Notes: generated by a model from the sequence alone, not told the origin. Positions 31,845-42,591 are shown, numbered from the stretch's first letter. The stretch is 64,000 nucleotides of DNA from an uncultured Spirochaetota bacterium (GCA_963835575.1 CAWIGG010000006.1:192001-256000); one strand, 5' to 3'. Program-made: numbers and translations.

Positions 31845-32813
31845 TTAACGCGGTTTACTGTTGTTTGTTATTCTCCTTTTTACAGCCTTTTTGCTGATTA
31901 TTAAATCCTTGATTGTGTATTGCGGCCTTTCATTGATGATAAGAAAAGCCCTCCCCAGATACTCTCCGACTATTCCGATGCAGAAAAGGATCATGCCGCC
32001 CTTGAAAAGCTCGATGGCGACAAGCGTTGTCCATCCTTCCACATTATGCTGCAATAAAAAATATTCACAGACATAAAAAAGACCTAAAGCAAAACCTATG
32101 ATCGCGATTATAATCCCCATATAGGAAGCCAGGCGCAGAGGAAAAATTGAAAATCCGGTCGCCAGTTTCAGGAAAACGGAGAAAGACCGTATCATGTTAT
32201 AGTTGCTTCTTCCTTTATAGCGTTTGTGATGCTCGACGGTGACTTCTCCTATACAGTCTGTTATGCCGAAAATGAGGCCGTCGATATAGGGATAAAGGCC
32301 CCTGTATTTGATGATTTCATGGACCACGCCATGATGGATGATTTTAAAAGGCGACATATAAATGCCTTTCGGCTTGCCGATGACGATTTGCGCTATTTTA
32401 CCGTTCAGCCAGCTGCATATGTTTTTCCAGAGGGCCTGATTTTTTCTTTTAAAAACAGCGTAGACAACGTCTGAATTGTTCTTTTTGATATGGTTATAAA
32501 GTCTGGGAATGTCGTGGGGAGAATGCTGAAGGTCATCGTCCATGATGACGCTGTATTTCCCCGACGCGTTTCGGAGCCCGGCCATCAAAGCGTTATCCTG
32601 GCCGCTGTTTTTACGCAGATTAATTCCTTTGATATGAGGATCTTTCCACACCAATTCGGTAATTTTGTCCCAGCTTTTATCACTGCTTTTATCGTTGACC
32701 AGGATCAATTCGTAGCCGGCCAGGTTTTTCAGCGCGATATTTATCTGCCTGGCCAATTCCTCCAGGCAATCGCAGCTGTTATAAACAGGTACTACTACAC
32801 TGATCTCTACCAT
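31845..32813 (-). CDS. GT2 glycosyltransferase (polyprenol-phosphate sugar transferase, ArnC/GtrB-like)
   Basis: SVVVPVYN, MDDDLQH, two C-terminal TMs, IVGEYLGR...RPQY. Confidence 0.9.
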   Translation of the reverse strand: MVEISVVVPVYNSCDCLEELARQINIALKNLAGYELILVNDKSSDKSWDKITELVWKDPHIKGINLRKNSGQDNALMAGLRNASGKYSVIMDDDLQHSPHDIPRLYNHIKKNNSDVVYAVFKRKNQALWKNICSWLNGKIAQIVIGKPKGIYMSPFKIIHHGVVHEIIKYRGLYPYIDGLIFGITDCIGEVTVEHHKRYKGRSNYNMIRSFSVFLKLATGFSIFPLRLASYMGIIIAIIGFALGLFYVCEYFLLQHNVEGWTTLVAIELFKGGMILFCIGIVGEYLGRAFLIINERPQYTIKDLIISKKAVKRRITNNSKPR

Positions 32814-33412
32814 ACGACCTCCAGGAGCATATCCCTCCCTTTTGAGATGATATGATATTTGAATTTAATGACGGATTTTATTTTTTCTACGGCTTTAATC
32901 AGGCTGTCTTCATTGTACCTGAATTTTTCAGTTCCCCTGCCCGCATTTGTTAACAGGCCGGACAGCCATTGAAGAAGGCCTTTTTTATGGGTAAGATTTT
33001 TCACAGGCTCTGATAAAAGAAAGCGTTTTGAGCTTTTGCGGATTTTTTTAAACAGGTCCGGCAGGTTCCGGTTGAAGTGATAGAGTGATCCGGTCATAAT
33101 ACACACGTCGCATTGCGGGAATTTCTCTATTTTCTCGATATCCGCCAGATGAGCGTCATAGCCTTTTTTCCGGGAATATCCGACAAAACTTTCGTTTAAA
33201 TCATAGCCGGTCCAGGACCGGCCTGTTTTAGAGCAGAATTCCGCCACATAAATATCGCCGAAACAAAGCTCGACAATCCTCGAATCGCCTGGTTTGAAAA
33301 GCCGTGTTATTTGATTGAACCGTTTACGGTATTGGAAGGCGTAAAGCAGATTCATGGACAAACGGTAAATAAAAATGTCATGATAAATAATGCTTCTGTT
33401 TAATTTTTTCAT
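32807..33412 (-). CDS. Class I SAM-dependent methyltransferase-like protein
   Basis: IVELCFGD motif-I-like, GYDLN, SLYHF; overlaps the GT2 start. Confidence 0.6.
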   Translation of the reverse strand: MKKLNRSIIYHDIFIYRLSMNLLYAFQYRKRFNQITRLFKPGDSRIVELCFGDIYVAEFCSKTGRSWTGYDLNESFVGYSRKKGYDAHLADIEKIEKFPQCDVCIMTGSLYHFNRNLPDLFKKIRKSSKRFLLSEPVKNLTHKKGLLQWLSGLLTNAGRGTEKFRYNEDSLIKAVEKIKSVIKFKYHIISKGRDMLLEVVW

Positions 33413-33566
33413 GATCCCGTCTTTTTTATACAAAGGCAATAAGCTTTTTGGTATATTAAAACAAATTTATTAATTTGTCAATAGCGGAAATTCCTCTGAC
33501 TGAATGATAAAGTCATGAAAATGTTTGTTTTATTAACCTTGAAGCGATTGTATATCTAAAAAAATA

Positions 33567-35085
33567 GTAACTATCCAGCCACTAAAAAATAGTCACATGA
33601 AATATTTGCATTGAGCATGAACCATGCTATTCTATAGCATGAATGAAGATAGAAGAGAAAAAGACTGTGCGGCCTGCTTAAAACGATTTGAAGGCATCAT
33701 TGCTGATTTACAAAACCAGATAAAGGAGCAGGGTTTAATCATTCAAAGACAAGCGGAAAAGATTAAGAAATTGGAAGAACAGCTTAATAAGGACAGCCAT
33801 AACAGCAATAAACCGCCGTCTTCCGATAATCCATTCCAAAATACAGTAAAGAATTTACGGAAAAAGAGCGGTAAAAAACAAGGCGGCCAGTTTGGACATA
33901 AGGGAAATACTCTGAAGAAAGTAGAAAGCCCTGATAAGATCATAGAACATCAGGTTGAAAAATGTTCCTGTTGTGGAATTGATTTAAGTTCCGAATCAGT
34001 TAAGCGGACGGAAAGAAGGCAGGTGTTCGATATACCTCCGATAAAAGTGGAAGTTACCGAACATCGCTCGGAAGTAAAAGATTGTCCGCATTGCGGTGCG
34101 AGAGTAACGGCGGAGTTTCCGGAAGGCATAACCAATAAGGCACAGTATGGAAAAAACATTAAAGCGCATCTGGTCTATATGAAAACATATGGGTTGATAC
34201 CCTATGAAAGGCTTTCGGAATACGCCGAATGTTTATTGGGAGTGCCGCTCAGCAAGGCAACGATTGAAGGATTTATCCGGGAGACCTACAATAAATTAGA
34301 AGAGTATGAACAGAAAGTCATAGAACTGATACTAAAAGAAGTGGTTCTTCACTGTGATGAAACCGGTATTCGGATAAAAGGGTTATTAAAATGGCTCCAT
34401 GTTGCCTCGAATGAACGTTTTACCTATTATTTTTCTCATGACAAACGCGGCACAGAGGCGATGCGTGCGATGGACATTCTCACAAGATTTACCGGTATTA
34501 TTATCCACGATGGATGGAAAAGTTATCTGGAATTCTTATGCCGTCATGGATTGTGTAATGTACACCATTTGAGAGAGCTAATCTGGATACATGAGGAAAT
34601 GGGTCAGGAATGGGCTAAGGAGATGGGTAATCTTCTTATAAGGATTAAGAATGATAAAGAGGCAAGTTTTCCAATACCGGCGGAAAGGATTATAGAATAT
34701 GATACGGAATATGACCGGATCATCGCGAAAGGATTTGCTGTAAATCCAACGCCTGAAAAGCCGGAAGGACTTGTTAAACGCGGCAGAAAAAAGCGGGGCA
34801 AGGTTTTATGCCTATTAGACCGATTAAGAAAATATAAAGAATCTGTCCTTTTATTTATGCGGGAAAAAGATGTTCCATTCAGCAACAATTTGGCGGAACG
34901 GGATATCAGAATGATAAAAGTCCAGCAGAAAATATCAGGTACATTCAGAAGCTGGAATGGAGCGGCTGCCTTTTGCAGAATCAGGGGTTATATATCTACA
35001 GTAAAAAAGATGGGCGTCAGTGTTTATCAAGCCCTTATTGACGCGTTGAACGGCTCCGCTATTAAATATGCGGCTGGATAGTTAC
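33567..35085 (+). mobile_element. IS66-family element, single-ORF (ISBst12-like) type
   Basis: 14-bp perfect TIRs GTAACTATCCAGCC / GGCTGGATAGTTAC; 8-bp duplication AAAAAATA. Confidence 0.95.
33624..35081 (+). CDS. IS66 transposase (TnpC-like)
   Basis: NSNKPPSSD, GGQFGHKG, zinc ribbon, HCDETG, HGLCNVHHLREL, PFSNNLAERDIR. Confidence 0.95.
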   Translation: MLFYSMNEDRREKDCAACLKRFEGIIADLQNQIKEQGLIIQRQAEKIKKLEEQLNKDSHNSNKPPSSDNPFQNTVKNLRKKSGKKQGGQFGHKGNTLKKVESPDKIIEHQVEKCSCCGIDLSSESVKRTERRQVFDIPPIKVEVTEHRSEVKDCPHCGARVTAEFPEGITNKAQYGKNIKAHLVYMKTYGLIPYERLSEYAECLLGVPLSKATIEGFIRETYNKLEEYEQKVIELILKEVVLHCDETGIRIKGLLKWLHVASNERFTYYFSHDKRGTEAMRAMDILTRFTGIIIHDGWKSYLEFLCRHGLCNVHHLRELIWIHEEMGQEWAKEMGNLLIRIKNDKEASFPIPAERIIEYDTEYDRIIAKGFAVNPTPEKPEGLVKRGRKKRGKVLCLLDRLRKYKESVLLFMREKDVPFSNNLAERDIRMIKVQQKISGTFRSWNGAAAFCRIRGYISTVKKMGVSVYQALIDALNGSAIKYAAG

Positions 35086-35339
35086 AAAAAATAATTTATT
35101 ACAATTTATGGTTTTGATACAAAAGTCCCCGGGTTATCCGACCAAAAGTAGGATTTATTTAATTCTCACACAATCCAGTCCGGCAGAACTATTATTTATA
35201 AATAATGTTTACTTTTTTTATTTTATTTATACAATATTCAATATCACAAAATAAAAAAATCCATTTTTCTGTAGATATCCTTAATAATAAAGAGTTTGAG
35301 TATTTAAGAATCTGAGAATATTTTAATTAAGGGGCTTTT

Positions 35340-37724
35340 TTGAAAAATAATCATAGGCCTCAAGTTTTGAGGAAAAATACTCCGGCTCATTCCCGAAAGC
35401 AAGAAAACAGACGGCTGACAATAGGTTTATTGACAGACTGGCTTGATGAGCTCTATCAGCAGGGAATACTTGAAGGCATCATAGCGAAAGCTGAGGAAAA
35501 TGACTTTAATCTTATTGTTTATAACGGAGGCGCCCTTCAGTCTCCGAGAAAATTCGAATCGAACCGGAATTTTATTTATGACCTGATCAGCAAGGAAAAT
35601 ATCGACGGCCTTGTCATTATCGCGGGCGCCATCGGCACTTATGTCAGTGAGCAGAAGATCAGCGCTTTCTGCAGTCAATTTCTGCCTCTTCCTGTTGTCA
35701 GCATCGCTTATAATATCGAAAAATGTCATTCGCTGTTTATTAATAATAAAGAAGGAATGAAAAAGCTCCTGCTTCATTTTATCAAGGAACATGGCAGAAA
35801 AAGGATCGCTTATATCAGCGGTGTGGAAAATAATCCCGACGCGAAGGAGAGGTATGACGTTTATATTCAAACGCTCCGGGAGAATAATATTGAAGTGGAC
35901 CCGGCTTTGATCTATATGGGCGATTATCTGGCCAAATCCGGTACGCAGGCCGTAAAAGCTTTACTGGATGAAAGACATGTGAAGTTTGACGCGATTGTCG
36001 CCGCCAATGATAATATGGCGCTTGCCGCGATGCAGGAACTTCAGGAAAGAGGCTTCCAGATACCATCGGAAATCTCCGTCGGAGGTTTCGATGATATAGT
36101 ACTCAGCAGGCATTCGGCCCCGCCTCTGACGACAGTCAACCAGTCCTTGTTTGATCAGGGGGCCATGGCCGTCGAAACATTATCGGATATGATTTCCGGG
36201 GAAAATGTTGAGAAAAAAATCATAATTCCCACCCAGTTAGTCATACGGCAGTCCTGCGGCTGCTTTTCTCAGGAGGTCAATAACGCCGGATCGGAAGAAA
36301 TAAAATCCGAAAGCAATAATAATATTATTAGCCAAAAAGAAAATATAAAAAAGAACATTTTAAACCATAAAAATATTTTGAAAAACGACAGGACAACACT
36401 TGATAATATAGATAAAATATTAAACGGCTTTTATGATTTTCTGGAAGGAAGGATAAAAGATAATACTTTTCTCACTCAATGGGACCAATATATTCTCAAA
36501 ATAAAATGGCTCGGCAACCCGGTCAATGCGGCCCAGAATTTCCTTTCCGAAATGAGAAGAAGCCTTATGCCGCACCTTTTAAGATCGGTTAAAATTCTGC
36601 ACCGGGCCGAGGATGTTTTACACAAGATGCGGGTTTTGATCGCGGAAAAATCCAATATTGAAGAAAAAGAAGACCTGTATACATCTACGGAACAATTTAA
36701 TATCCTTAACGCGTTAAATGAAGAGTTTATAGATCTCTCTTCAGAAAGCGAAATAGTAAAGGCCATTATTGACATGATAAGGATGCTGGATATACCGTCA
36801 TGCTATTTATCCAAATTTGACGTAGACAGGAATAAATCGAAATTAATGGCTGCTTATGACAATAATAAAAAAGTTGATTTTACAAAATACCAGCATTTTT
36901 TCCAGACAAATCAATTAGTGCCGGCCGGCCTATTATCGAGAAACAAACGCTATTCAATCATAATCGAGGCAATCTGTCACTATGAACAGATCGGTTTTAT
37001 TCTACTGGAAATAGGACCGAAAAACGGTAAGCTTTATAGCGATATCCGGCGCATCATCAGCAGTAAAATCCAGGGTTCCATTATGTATAATCAGTTAAAA
37101 AAACAGGCGGACCATTTAAAACTACAGGCCCACCACATCAGCGAATTAAGGAAAATCATGGGGGGGATGATACAGACCCTTTCATTGACCGTCGAAGCGC
37201 GGGACCCTTATACCGCGGGGCATCAGCGCCGTGTTTCGGACCTCGCCCGTTCCATAGCGACGGAAATGGGCCTGTCAAGAGATAAAATCGAGGGGATAAG
37301 GCTTGCCTCGATTGTCCATGACCTGGGCAAGATTTATGTGCCTCCCGAAATCCTTAATAAACCGGGCCGTCTGATCAAGCAGGAATTTGAGCTGATCAAG
37401 GTCCATTCTCAGGTGGCTTATGATATTTTAAAAACCGTTGATTTTCCATGGCCGATCGCGGAAATTGTCTATGAGCACCACGAAAGGATTAACGGCAGCG
37501 GTTATCCGCGGGCGCTCAAAGGCAGCCAGATGATGCTGGAAGCCATGATCATCAGTGTGGCGGACGTCGTGGAGGCGATGGCTTCCTACCGGCCATACCG
37601 CCCGCCGATCGGCATCAATGAAGCCCTGGACGAAATCAGGAAAAACAAAGGCATTCTTTATGATCCGGATGTTGTAGATGCGTGTTTGTCCCTTTTTGAA
37701 AAAAAAGGATTTCACTTTAAATAG
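35340..37724 (+). CDS. LacI/PBP1-type sugar-sensor fused to an HD-GYP phosphodiesterase
   Basis: AIVAANDNMA, VGGFDD, PPLTTVNQ; C-terminal RDPYTAGHQ, HDLGK, HHERINGSGYP. Confidence 0.9.
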   Translation: MKNNHRPQVLRKNTPAHSRKQENRRLTIGLLTDWLDELYQQGILEGIIAKAEENDFNLIVYNGGALQSPRKFESNRNFIYDLISKENIDGLVIIAGAIGTYVSEQKISAFCSQFLPLPVVSIAYNIEKCHSLFINNKEGMKKLLLHFIKEHGRKRIAYISGVENNPDAKERYDVYIQTLRENNIEVDPALIYMGDYLAKSGTQAVKALLDERHVKFDAIVAANDNMALAAMQELQERGFQIPSEISVGGFDDIVLSRHSAPPLTTVNQSLFDQGAMAVETLSDMISGENVEKKIIIPTQLVIRQSCGCFSQEVNNAGSEEIKSESNNNIISQKENIKKNILNHKNILKNDRTTLDNIDKILNGFYDFLEGRIKDNTFLTQWDQYILKIKWLGNPVNAAQNFLSEMRRSLMPHLLRSVKILHRAEDVLHKMRVLIAEKSNIEEKEDLYTSTEQFNILNALNEEFIDLSSESEIVKAIIDMIRMLDIPSCYLSKFDVDRNKSKLMAAYDNNKKVDFTKYQHFFQTNQLVPAGLLSRNKRYSIIIEAICHYEQIGFILLEIGPKNGKLYSDIRRIISSKIQGSIMYNQLKKQADHLKLQAHHISELRKIMGGMIQTLSLTVEARDPYTAGHQRRVSDLARSIATEMGLSRDKIEGIRLASIVHDLGKIYVPPEILNKPGRLIKQEFELIKVHSQVAYDILKTVDFPWPIAEIVYEHHERINGSGYPRALKGSQMMLEAMIISVADVVEAMASYRPYRPPIGINEALDEIRKNKGILYDPDVVDACLSLFEKKGFHFK

Positions 37725-37756
37725 ATCTTATAATTTTATTGGAATATACGATTAAT

Positions 37757-39856
37757 TTATATCGGTCCGTTTAAAACCGTTTTTATTAAACGGATTCCCT
37801 CTTTTTCAAAAGACCCGCAATATGTCCCGTTCACTTTCATGCCGGCGCAATCGCCGGGGACTTTTATATACACCGTGCTCTTCCGCATGGGATTAGCCGC
37901 TCCCTTTAAGGAAATATTATCGCCGTCGATTTTAAAACCGGTTATATCACAGAAGGGAAAGACATGCCCTGTGCTTCCGGCCGGTTCAAAATCATGCCCG
38001 CCGATTTTTAATAAGCACAATGATTGAAAGGGCTTTATTGAAATGCTTTTTCCGCCAGTCATAAAATCATCCGCCCTGCCGTTGTGATAAATCCCATTCT
38101 CCAGTTTGACGCTGACGGTTTTATTCCCAAGGTTTGAAAAGGCCAGATAATTTCTTCCTTCTATCTCGAACCCGATCTGATAGACATTGCAGTAAGGTTT
38201 CGCGCCGATTATCAACTGATAGAGAAAAGGTTTCAAACGCCATTTATAGATATTATCAATTGTTTTTATTTCAGTGATATTTTTTTCCTTCAGCGGGAAA
38301 AGCGAGAGATAAATCCGTATTTCATCCTCTGAATATTCATTGATATTATCTGAGGTAAAAATAAGCCCTCCGAAAATCAGGTTGATGAGAAAGAGCGTCT
38401 GTCTCTGGTCCGCGGTCATTGTGTTTTTGTCCTTCCGGAGTATAAAAACATCGGGGTCGTTCTGAAAAGCATAGCCGGAAAGGTGCCGCCTCCCTATCGT
38501 ATTGACCAGCGCGTTTATCGTGGAAACCCTCTCGCGGTAGCGGATAACTGCGCCGTTTTTAAATTCCCACTCCAGTCCGGCATCGGCCCCGATCCGGCAG
38601 TAATCAAAAATCCCGAATGCCGGTCCGAGCGGCACGCCGCAGCCTAAAATAAGCCTGCCGCCGGCCAGTTCCCTTAAAAACCCGGCGGCTTCGGACATTA
38701 TCTGTCCGCGGGTTTTATTCTCTCCGGGTTTGACGCAGGCGGCATAGAGAAAATCGAGCTTGACCATATCAAAGCCCCAGTCATCCAGTACGGTTTTAAA
38801 AACGTCTCTTAAATATTCCCTGACTTCCGGGTTGTAAAAATCAAGGGCGTAAAACCGGCTTTTCCAGCTGTCGTTATAGCCGATGATTACCGGGCTGCCT
38901 TTATCGTCTTTTATGGTCCAGTCTTTATTATGAAGATAAATATCAGAATCCTCCGTGCAGATAAAAGGGGCCAGCCAGATACCCGCCTGATAACCGGCCT
39001 TTTTGATCTCGCCGGCGAGATATTTCATACCGCCCGGGAATTTCTGATTAACAGTCAGCCAGTCGCCGCCGGCTTTCTGATAGCCGTCGTCAATTTGAAA
39101 AATATCTATCGGTATATTTCTGTCCTTGAAAGCCCTGATATTTTCCAGGATGATTTCCTCTGTGATATTTGTATAATAATAATACCAGCTGGTCCAGCCT
39201 GTCCGTTGTATTACCCCGGCTTTTTTTATATTCATAGCTTTAAAGTAATTCTCAAAAACTTTTTCTTCCGGGCCGCGGCTGATCAGAAGATCAAAGGCCT
39301 GGTAATCCTCTTTGATTTTCAGGCCCGCGCAGTCTTTTTTAATAAGGATTTTATTCGCCGGGGTATTGTATTGAAAAACTGTGAAGCCGCTTTTTTCCGA
39401 CAGAGAGCCGTAAAAGGACAGCGTATTATCATCCGCGTTTCTAATATATGTATAAGTGCAGCCGTGAAAGTTCCCTTTTTTTCCGCTGTATTTCTGGAAA
39501 TAATAGTCGCCGAAATACTCCAGATGGAAATGCCGGTACAGCGGCCTCAAAAGTTTATTAAGCCCCGGCATTTTTTCGTTGATATTATATTCACGGCTTT
39601 CCGTCCAGCTCTGATAGCCGTTTAAAAACACTTTGTCCGTTTTATTAAATATGAGCTCTTCTTCAATGAATAATTCTTCCAGAGTGATTTCAGATTCCGG
39701 CTGAAGGAAGATGGAAATTTGTTTCCCATACGGAAGTATTTTCTCCTGCTGTATAATTCTTAAGCCTCTTCCTGCCGTTTCGGATGATAATGGAAAGGCC
39801 AGCGACAGTTTTTCTCCGCTAAAATGATAAATAACTTTTCCCATTCTTGAAGACAT
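37757..39856 (-). CDS. GH36 alpha-galactosidase-like glycoside hydrolase
   Basis: GWTSWYYYY, FQIDDGYQ, GIWLAPF, VKLDFLY, RIGAD, NDPDVF; start taken at the MSSRMG Met. Confidence 0.88.
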   Translation of the reverse strand: MSSRMGKVIYHFSGEKLSLAFPLSSETAGRGLRIIQQEKILPYGKQISIFLQPESEITLEELFIEEELIFNKTDKVFLNGYQSWTESREYNINEKMPGLNKLLRPLYRHFHLEYFGDYYFQKYSGKKGNFHGCTYTYIRNADDNTLSFYGSLSEKSGFTVFQYNTPANKILIKKDCAGLKIKEDYQAFDLLISRGPEEKVFENYFKAMNIKKAGVIQRTGWTSWYYYYTNITEEIILENIRAFKDRNIPIDIFQIDDGYQKAGGDWLTVNQKFPGGMKYLAGEIKKAGYQAGIWLAPFICTEDSDIYLHNKDWTIKDDKGSPVIIGYNDSWKSRFYALDFYNPEVREYLRDVFKTVLDDWGFDMVKLDFLYAACVKPGENKTRGQIMSEAAGFLRELAGGRLILGCGVPLGPAFGIFDYCRIGADAGLEWEFKNGAVIRYRERVSTINALVNTIGRRHLSGYAFQNDPDVFILRKDKNTMTADQRQTLFLINLIFGGLIFTSDNINEYSEDEIRIYLSLFPLKEKNITEIKTIDNIYKWRLKPFLYQLIIGAKPYCNVYQIGFEIEGRNYLAFSNLGNKTVSVKLENGIYHNGRADDFMTGGKSISIKPFQSLCLLKIGGHDFEPAGSTGHVFPFCDITGFKIDGDNISLKGAANPMRKSTVYIKVPGDCAGMKVNGTYCGSFEKEGIRLIKTVLNGPI

Positions 39857-39994
39857 GAAAAACCTCTTTATGGATATTTTAGTCGATGCCGGTGAATATC
39901 GCAAAAACATGAATTGATTTTAATGAAAATCATTCTGCAATTAGTAAAGGGCGGTTCCTAAAACCGTCCTAAAATAATAAAGAGAAAGCGGCTT

Positions 39995-40321
39995 ATGACG
40001 GCGGCAGCACTGGAATTTTATATGTCCGGCGGACATGTGATGGTCGTATACAACCTGAAAACTATGAGCCTTGAGGAAATGTGCATGCTTGACGGCGCCA
40101 GAAAATTACTTCAAATCTGCGATGCGGTCCGCCGGGAGTTCCCTAAAGAAAATACCTGTGATAATTATTCGTGCGCCAGGCGCAGGAATAAAGAGACGGA
40201 TTGCGGGTATACCGGAATAGTGGGGGATTTTGTAAAAAAGCACCTGCGCAAATATGATAAAACCCTGGATGTTGTCGTGAGCGCCGGCACGGATTATGTG
40301 AAATTCAACCTGGAAGAATAA
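39995..40321 (+). CDS. Hypothetical protein
   Basis: 108-aa ORF in an otherwise empty gap; no motif recognised. Confidence 0.5.
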   Translation: MTAAALEFYMSGGHVMVVYNLKTMSLEEMCMLDGARKLLQICDAVRREFPKENTCDNYSCARRRNKETDCGYTGIVGDFVKKHLRKYDKTLDVVVSAGTDYVKFNLEE

Positions 40322-40365
40322 GAATCACAAGCCGGCTATTTAATGAATTAGGAACAACGAAACGA

Positions 40366-40574
40366 AACCACAGATTTCACAGACACTGCAATGTGATTGG
40401 CAGACTCACTTCAAGTTGGTGAAATCATATTATAATTCTGAATAATGGAAGAAGGAACAAAGAGCGATGCGCTAATATATGAAGTAATTAGTGCGGCTAT
40501 TAAAGTCATAATAAATCCATAAATCTGTGTAATCAGTGAAATGGTTCGACAAGCTCACCACGGCGTCTGTGGTT
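40366..40574. repeat. Inverted-repeat element (CACAGAT family) enclosing a GxxExxY-like gene remnant
   Basis: AACCACAGATTTCACAGAC ... AATCTGTGTAATCAGTGAAAT[REP-like]TCTGTGGTT. Confidence 0.75.
40445..40522 (+). pseudogene. 5' remnant of a GxxExxY (PD-(D/E)XK-like) gene
   Basis: MEEGTKSDALIYEVISAAIKV resembles the family N-terminus (xLTYxIIGAAIEVH) and breaks off before the GxxExxY motif. Confidence 0.55.
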
Positions 40575-40601
40575 CCAACTTCTCAGATAGTAATTTTTAT
40601 T

Positions 40602-41300
40602 TCACTCGCCGCCCTTCATGCTTGAGAAATCCTGAACGCATTTGAAATAATCCATGCCGTGAAAATCCGTATTTTTATAATGCGCGGCCCCGGTGCCGAG
40701 ATACAGGTATCCGGGATTGAGAATATTTGCCCTGTGGCCGGGAGAATTCATCCATTGTTTAACAACCGCCAGGGCGAAACCCAGATATGTGTGGTTCTCG
40801 ATCGGTTTGCCCTTGTAAGAATAGCTGAAATAGCCGCCGTTCACATCGGGGGTATAAACAGGACTGCCCGGTTCATATTCGATCCCGAAGGTTTCCGCGA
40901 TGTTCTCGCCCATGTACGCGTTCCTGATGCCGGCAAGAGAGAGCCGCTTCTGCATGGTCTCCTTTCCACTGACCGGGCTTTCGTGCGAGAAAAAGCCGCG
41001 GGCTGCCATATCGTCGCTGTGGCCTTTGGCCGCCTTTTCCAGCGCCGGCGAATGCAGGAAGACGGGGAGATTGTGCTTTTCCCTTTCCAGGTTTGAGGCA
41101 TAAAAGATCGCGGCGTGGAGCAGGGGATAATCAATATTGTCCATGTCTATCCGTTCGTTCGCTTCCGGCAGACCGGCAAATGATGATGAATCGTAATTAT
41201 CGTAATCGCCGGATGTCCAGGCTGAAGCTGTGCCGGCCTGAAATATTAAACAGCCTGCCAATGAACAAAAAACAATTATTTTTATGAACATTTTAGACAT
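40602..41300 (-). CDS. Secreted CAP/SCP-domain protein
   Basis: Signal peptide; AAKGHSDDM...FFSH, GENIA, WMNSPGHRANIL. Confidence 0.9.
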   Translation of the reverse strand: MSKMFIKIIVFCSLAGCLIFQAGTASAWTSGDYDNYDSSSFAGLPEANERIDMDNIDYPLLHAAIFYASNLEREKHNLPVFLHSPALEKAAKGHSDDMAARGFFSHESPVSGKETMQKRLSLAGIRNAYMGENIAETFGIEYEPGSPVYTPDVNGGYFSYSYKGKPIENHTYLGFALAVVKQWMNSPGHRANILNPGYLYLGTGAAHYKNTDFHGMDYFKCVQDFSSMKGGE

Positions 41301-41403
41301 AATTCCTCAATACCTCATTTAGTAGAAATTTTATCATCAAATTTTAAAATTTTCATTCCTAAGAATATTCAAGGGATTAAACGGAACTTAAAAAGCCGTA
41401 AAT

Positions 41404-41590
41404 AAACACAAGGCACGAAGAGCACTAATTAAATGGGTTTGCTTTCCCGCGAATCACGCGAATTAACGCTAATGTGTCATATGTTTTTTCCCGGAGAATT
41501 ACACCGAATATTATTCGCGTCTATTAGCGTCATTAGCGGGCTTTTATTTTCTATTCCCTTTGCGTCCATTCGTGAATTAGCGGATTACCC
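41404..41590. repeat. Nested inverted-repeat cluster (CGCGAAT and CACGAAG families)
   Basis: CCCGCGAATCACGCGAATTAACGCTAAT ... ATTCGCGTCTATTAGCGTCATTAGCGGG; an extra arm ends GCGGATTACCC as at 51542. Confidence 0.75.
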
Positions 41591-41615
41591 TGTCTGATGA
41601 TATGTGATGATTTTT

Positions 41616-42454
41616 TTATTCCACTTTAATGGAATAATCCCGGATTTCGGCATTTCCTGTGCTGGAAACGACCTCATTTCCCAGCTCCAGACATGCGACA
41701 TATTCGTCTTTCGACATGATGCCTTTTTCAAGCAGGTAATCGATAAATGGAGAAATGTCGAGAGGTCCGTTCAGAACCGGTTTGCCGGCCTTAAATGTCG
41801 TTATCGACCAGACATTGCTGTTCGCGCCTGAATCGTCGCCATCGTTTTCATGGTATAAATTGTGTATGTGACGCCCTGGACGGAACATATCCCGATGGGA
41901 TTCCCCGCGGGCTGCAATCCTGATGTGCTGATCCAGATCATCACTTCATTTTTGATTTTATCCTTGACGGGAGGAATGCCCTTGACGGTCCAGAATTCGA
42001 AGGCCATATCATAGGTCCCTGAAGCCGTCAGGGCCGCGCTGTAATTGACCGTCAGCTTTTTTGTCCCGGCCTGGAAGGGAAAGCCTGTGTCGGCGGCTGT
42101 CGGCGTACTCCATGGGCTCGATCCGTACTGGACTTCCGGGTATGCCACCACTCCCCTGCCGTAATTGCACTGCCAGGACCATCCGAAAATTGATTTTCCG
42201 GAAACGTCATTTAAAAATATTTTCTGGCGGTATTTCCCGGTTGCCGCACCCTTGTTCCAGACATTGTTGATCAGCATATATTTCCGGTCAATCAGCTTAG
42301 CTGCCCAGTCCTCCTCGGATTCGAATACCGTTTTTCCTTCGATCCCTTCGAGGCTGAAATTGGGCCTGACGCTTTCCTGAGAGCATGACAAGAGAACAAA
42401 AAAGGCCGCGAGACAAGAGAGCACAATTGATAACAGTCTATTATGCTGTTTCAT
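41616..42454 (-). pseudogene. GH12 endoglucanase-like lipoprotein, frameshifted near 41855
   Basis: Lipobox LLSC; NNVWN, YPEVQYG, YDMAFEFW, NEVMIW in one frame; DISPFIDYL...LELGNEV in another. Confidence 0.75.
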
Positions 42455-42591
42455 AATATTTCTCCAGATTATAAATTTTATGATTGATGGTAATACCTGC
42501 AATCACTCGGGAAAGATTATAATTTGAATAGAAAAAAAGTACAATAAGCCGCCTGCTTTTATTAGAGTATGTATATTTTTATACTTTGAAT

